Below, piece by piece: positions 57,993 to 64,000 of a stretch of 64,000 nt of DNA (the first letter of the stretch is position 1; every line of letters starts with the position of its first letter). The notes beneath the pieces were generated by a model, which worked only from the letters and a program-made list of their open reading frames with translations, searched no databases and had not been told where the DNA came from. Both the position numbers and the translations under genes were made by a program. Source of the DNA: Octopus vulgaris. Its lineage: Eukaryota. Location: positions 63,798,001 to 63,862,000 of the forward strand of contig OX597830.1 in the NCBI GenBank assembly GCA_951406725.2, in the 5' to 3' direction.

Positions 57993-58017
57993 TCTTTTTT
58001 TTTCTTTTTTTTTCCAG

Positions 58018-58300
58018 ACTTTGTATCATCATGTTCGAAACAACATACAACAAAAGCAACAATAACTACAACAGCAAACAAAATAAACAATATAAACAAA
58101 GGTCTTAAATTTTCAGATAACCATGATATTTCTAAAATATAAAAAAAAACCCATGAATTTTGAAAAGAAAAACCAACATAGAAGATAAATAAATATAAAT
58201 AAAATGAATAAAGCAAGCAAAACGAATATAGAAATTATTTTTCATTATCGACCAAAAAAAAAAAAGAAAAGAAAAAAGAATGAAAAAAGAAAAAGAAAAT
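58018..58300 (+). other. Candidate 3'UTR exon start of the neuropeptide gene (end uncertain)
   Basis: Long polypyrimidine tract tttcttttttttttctttttttttccAG ending at 58017; AATAAA at 58082 and more near 58190-58212. An acceptor is needed downstream of the 52394 donor. Confidence 0.45.
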
Positions 58301-58496
58301 TATTCGACTCGAAATTCGGTCCAGACTGGTATGGAATGAAATGGAATGGTTACCGAAGATGGTCCTGTACCAAAACTGAGGGTTTTTTTTTTTTTTGCGG
58401 AAATGTTTTACGGGACCACCCGAAATGAAAGACGCCAATGATAACGATGATGTTCACGATGATGATGATGATGATAATGAGGATGATTTTGATGAC

Positions 58497-58527
<31 letters not shown>

Positions 58528-58991
58528 ATGATGATAACGATGCTGACGACGATAACGATGACAACGACGACGATGATGATGATGATGATGATGAAATCAT
58601 TGGCGACGAGTTAATGATGTATAATGAATGGTTAGGAAATCACTGGTGCTGGTGACGACGCAAATAACGATAACAACAACGACGACAACAACAACAATAA
58701 TAGCCATCGTCAGCGTCAGCGTCGCTGCCGTCGTCATCATCATCATCATCATCGCCATCATAGCCGTCACCATTAAGAGGAAATGGAGGAAGAGGAAGAA
58801 GCTAATTAAAGTGATAAAAATTATTATTGTTATTACAATTGAAATAATTATGGCGGTGTCGCAATTAATTTGTTCTCCCTATCTAATGAGCTTAATCAGA
58901 CACTGATAAATTATATACATACATACATACATGCATATATTTATATATATATGTCCCCTGATTATAATTACGTTTATAATTATAGAATACT

Positions 58992-59049
<58 letters not shown>

Positions 59050-59149
59050 GAGGATAAATAATTATTCATTTAAAAACAGCAACAATTATTTCCGGGTAGA
59101 TTTCGGTATGGAAATATAACCATTATCGGTAGGAACTCTTTTTAAAAAG

Positions 59150-59206
<57 letters not shown>

Positions 59207-59329
59207 CATACATGCACATGTATGTATATATGTTATATGTATATACACTCATATGTATCTGTATCTATCTATCTATCTACATACATACATATATACATAC
59301 ATACATACATACATACATACATACATACA

Positions 59330-59361
<32 letters not shown>

Positions 59362-59672
59362 GGTAGGTATATTGCTCGTTTAATGAATTCGGAACATCTA
59401 GTTAAGATCTATAATAAATGTAAGTTTTCTTGCCTTATGCTTCTTCCATAGACTCCTCATGTCTGACGCATTATTTCTTTCACTGTGTGTTTGTTAAGCA
59501 AAATAAAATTGCTTCAAAGCCGAAATATCCTCTTCAATTATTTTTTTCTTTGTGTGCACCTTGAAGTATTGCCACCTTTTTAATGTTTTCTTAGGTCATG
59601 CAGTGTGTAACAAGTGCACATATACGCGCGCACGTACACCGTACTCCTGCTATGGGACTCACCGGTTTAGAA

Positions 59673-59988
59673 TAGAGGTTCTCAGACTTTTGGGGCCACC
59701 ATCTCCCTCATGAGCACATAATACCCTCAGCAGCCCCACCGATTTTTTTTATGTATAAATATTTTATATTTTACAAATTTATATATACTATGAATCATTT
59801 GATATTTAATATATTATATAATTTGTATACAATACTATAATAATATAATAAATTCATAGCGTCCCCCAATTTACTGCCTTCCTCCCAACGCCTCCTTTAT
59901 CTCTACTCCCCCGACAACCGCACACCAGCACCCACCTGGACCGTCTCGACGCCCATCAGGGGGCGGTAGTGCCCACTTTGAGAATTGC
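59673..59988. mobile_element. hAT-like MITE remnant
   Basis: Termini agaggttctcagact / cactttgagaattgc, resembling MER5/Charlie-type ends. Confidence 0.45.
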
Positions 59989-60929
59989 AAGTTAGCTATT
60001 GTTAACGTTTAGAATTACAAGGTAACTATTGTTAACCCTTGGTCATTGTTGACCGAGTAGGTCAAAGGCGTTCCAATTGTGACCATAATTTCATTAAGTT
60101 CAGAGTTAGTGTATCTAGGATTACATTATTCAATAGATGCTTCATTTATTCTTTCATATATTTTCTTGATTGTTGGTTGTGATTTATGGAAGATTTTTGG
60201 TGTTATTTCTAGCACCTCAAGCTACCATATTGAGCAACAGTTTTTAACTTTGTTTTACTACTTTTAATTTCGTAAATCATACTGGCATAAAAATCATCGT
60301 CATCTCCTTTCCTTGTGTAACAATTGCTGCGAACCGATCAAAACCATACTAAGCTGATAATGTCCAATAAAATCGAAACATGTTCATAGTTTTCCCCCTT
60401 GCTCGAAAACAAAGATGAAATAAGTAAATTGATTTAGTCGAATTAATTTTTAATTTTTAGAAGTTATCACCTTGTTTTTAGAGTCTCAACAATTATCGCT
60501 AAGTAATTCCTCTAATTAAAATCAGTTGAGATTTTTTCGCTTACACTGTCAGAATGTCATGTGTAACATCATCAATATGTCATCAATGCATCTTTGAAAA
60601 AAAGACTAAAGAACAGGAAGACATTGAGAAATGTGGGGTTTTTTTTTATATACTGTGCTTGAAATATTAGATGTAGCAGCTAAATATCCCCTATATCATT
60701 CACTACTGTCTTTAAAATAAAAAGGACACATAAGATATATTAGGCCTAAAAGGCTAGAATGTTTTTGATCATAGATTTTACTCGATCAGAATTGGATTTG
60801 AGGTAACGACAGCAGCAGCAACAATAAACAACAACAGTCATAACAGCAATAACAATAACGGTCACAACAATAGCAGCAGCAGCAGCAGCAACAACAACAA
60901 CAACAACAACTGTAACAGTTTCACAGAAG

Positions 60930-62490
60930 TGGAATAACTTAATATAGTTGGAAGAGTTCGAGAAGTTAGAGACATCAGATGACAATTCTTTTGAGATTGT
61001 TGTAGAACTCCAGGGCAAGAGAAATTGATGTCGCTAACGTTCCGCTTAAAAGACAAGATGAAGGCAATGAATAGAGGACAGAAATTCCAGAGAGCCTTAT
61101 CGTAAAGTACGGTAGTTAGCGCAGAGCCTGGTGGGGGTGGACATAAAATATGGGTGATGAAAGAAGGTGAGACGAGTGTGAAGTTTCGAAACCAGCAAGT
61201 TCCGAAGAGCAAATGCCATTGTAGTAGTAGTGGAAGAGAGAAAAAGGAAAAAAAGCATAAAGATGAAAGTACATGTTGGCAGTGACTTCGTGGCAATCAC
61301 TTAAGTGGCCTTTTTCCCTGGATGCAGTCAAGGATATTTGTGTGTGCAACTGCTGCATCCGGGACGATGCAGCAGTTGGTCCCCTCTGAGTTTTGTTGAG
61401 AGTCAGTTGTTGGTGGGGTGAGGTATTCTCTGGCTCCGAAGAGATCTAGTTTCCGATACGTTCAGCCAGCAGAGGCCTTCAAAAGAGCTCCTCAAGAGAA
61501 ACTCTTGACGCCAGTAAGACATAACATTTGAAGCATTTGCGAGGACCCTAGTTGAGTACTAATGGTGTTTAAAGAAGGGTATTCACGACAAGGGCAGAAA
61601 TTGTGAAGGGTTTTTAGCTGTTGAATGAGACAATGTTGACATGAATCAACTGGCAGATGTTTTCGAGGTCACTGTTCATGGAGTCAATATAAATATAATA
61701 AGGCGGCGAGCTGGCAGAATCGGTAACACGCCGGGCGAAACGCTTAGCGGTATTTCATCTGCCATTACGTTCTAAGTTCAAATTCCGCCGAGGTCGACTT
61801 TGTCTTTCATCCTTTCGGGGTCGATTAAATAAGTACCAGTTACGCACTGGGGCCGATATAATCGACTTAATCCATGTGTCTGTCCTTGTTTGTCCCCTCT
61901 ATGTTTAACCCCTTGTGGGCAGTAAAGAAATAAATATAAATTTGGTGTGAGGTGTCTAGGTGGAATCTATATAATATTTGTGTGTGGAAGGGTTGAGAAG
62001 AATGAAGTGTGGTATAATCTACGTAAGAGGAGGTGCTGTTTAAAATGACGAGTAAGACGTTGATGGATGTATCTGAAGAAAAGTGGGAGAAACAAAACTG
62101 AATCTTGGGGCCCACCAAAGTCGACAAAGTCTGAGTCAAATAGAGCTCCGTCAACGCAGGCCTTGATAATTCAATGTTACCAGAAGGCACCAATCCAAAA
62201 GACAATGAATGGGTATAACCCATAGGTGAGTAACTTTGAGATTCACGTACCAGATACCAGATGGGGGCAGCGACATTGCTTCCTCCGAATTCCTCGAGGG
62301 TGAGAACCCACTGGTAAGATCAACTGAAAATCCTATGCTTATTGGCTCAAATCCACTCCGGTCCGGTTCAACAAATATGATGAATTATATGCACTTTAGT
62401 GACCATATTAATGACCAATTATATGCACTTTACTGATTAACAAGTCCCTCATACCATACCTCTCCGGCCAGCTATACTTTTGACCTGCCG
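60930..62490 (-). mobile_element. Possible decayed LINE fragment interrupted by a SINE
   Basis: Coding-like, microsatellite-free sequence with broken minus-strand ORFs; no decisive motif found. Confidence 0.3.
61700..61929 (+). mobile_element. tRNA-derived SINE with TSD
   Basis: Full copy flanked by ataaatataa at 61689-61698 and 61930-61939. Other copies at ~12330-12795(-), 14365-14580, 22380-22755(-), 23108-23310, 24500-24915(-), 26707-26929 and 27695-27860. Confidence 0.85.
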
Positions 62491-62537
62491 CATATTCAAC
62501 CACCTAAAATACATATATGAAATTCTTTAGAAAGAAC

Positions 62538-62604
<67 letters not shown>

Positions 62605-62606
62605 TA

Positions 62607-62674
<68 letters not shown>

Positions 62675-62681
62675 AATAATG

Positions 62682-62749
<68 letters not shown>

Positions 62750-63305
62750 TGCCCTGATGCAGTACCAGGCAGTGGCTCTCATGGCTTCTAATCTTAACTG
62801 ATTGGAAGTGTTATCATGTACAGTGTTTTGTCTTGGTATAAAAGATGGGCTACAGCAAATATTCTGCTCAATACCACAGATTTGCTTATCAGTTGCTTGA
62901 CCTTTAACCAGTTGAGCAAGTCCCTTAGTGGCTGACGATATGTGCATCTCTGATCACGAACAGAAGTAGTGGGGGAGCATCATAGCCATGTGTTGAGAGG
63001 GATTCTTTGGGGTTTGAATTATTCACCCCTGGGAACATGGGTGTTTCGTTCAACATCTGTAAACAACCTTTATTCAGGGACCTTTTGAGCGGGATGAGCT
63101 ACTCGGCCTGAAGAAAATTCTAACTGGGCCCCACCTGCAAGGTCATGCGCTGTTTATCTTGATATGAGATTACCATGTCGCACACACATGGTTGTGATGC
63201 ATGTGCCTAGTGTACCCTTATCAGACGGGTAGTCATGATGGGTATACTGGGCTTCGTATATTTTACCCCAGTGTCACTTTGATAGCATGCACTGCTCTCT
63301 CACTC
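62750..63305. mobile_element. ~555-bp (AAT)n-embedded repeat, third copy
   Basis: Same termini and body as 13498-14053; (AAT)n on both sides. Confidence 0.85.
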
Positions 63306-63337
63306 AATAATAATAATACTACTAATAATAATAAAAT

Positions 63338-63860
<523 letters not shown>

Positions 63861-64000
63861 ACTGGAGGAGTAGAATTAAAACTGAGATTGAATCATTGCG
63901 AAGGGCGATATCAATATTAACTGAGCTAATCTCTGGAAATGGTGTAAGATCAAGAAAAGGCAGGAAGATTGTGAGAAAATATGGACTCTCAACAAGAGAA

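Noticed and set aside
58395-58655. Asp-rich ORF
   Set aside because: (GAT)n microsatellite in the probable 3'UTR; non-ATG start.

Overview
Eukaryotic, AT-rich, extremely microsatellite- and transposon-dense DNA. The repeat families look like an Octopus (coleoid cephalopod) genome; this is recognised from memory, not from a database search. There is one convincing protein-coding region: a single coding exon at 52111-52392 (+) for a 93-aa FFamide/SIFamide-type neuropeptide precursor (signal peptide; AYTPVYDQQAPLKFamide; GLNPNVNSLFFamide; C-x6-C tail). It is bounded by a splice acceptor at 52090 and a donor 1 nt after the stop. Candidate non-coding exons and promoters lie at ~29690-30153, ~45139-45252 and from 58018. 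The rest is tRNA-derived SINEs (several with target-site duplications, some multimeric), decayed mariner/Tc1-type elements, Helitrons, hAT/piggyBac MITEs, R4/Dong-type and Tx1/L1-type LINE fragments, Penelope-like remnants carrying hammerhead-ribozyme-like motifs, and simple repeats. Most notable: a near-canonical sense-strand hammerhead ~330 nt upstream of the neuropeptide exon; a TATA/Inr/CCAAT promoter embedded in a degenerate inverted-repeat element; and recurrent CUGUNGA hammerhead variants. Nearly all ORFs in the supplied track are microsatellite or repeat artefacts. Coordinates were read by eye and repeat boundaries are approximate.
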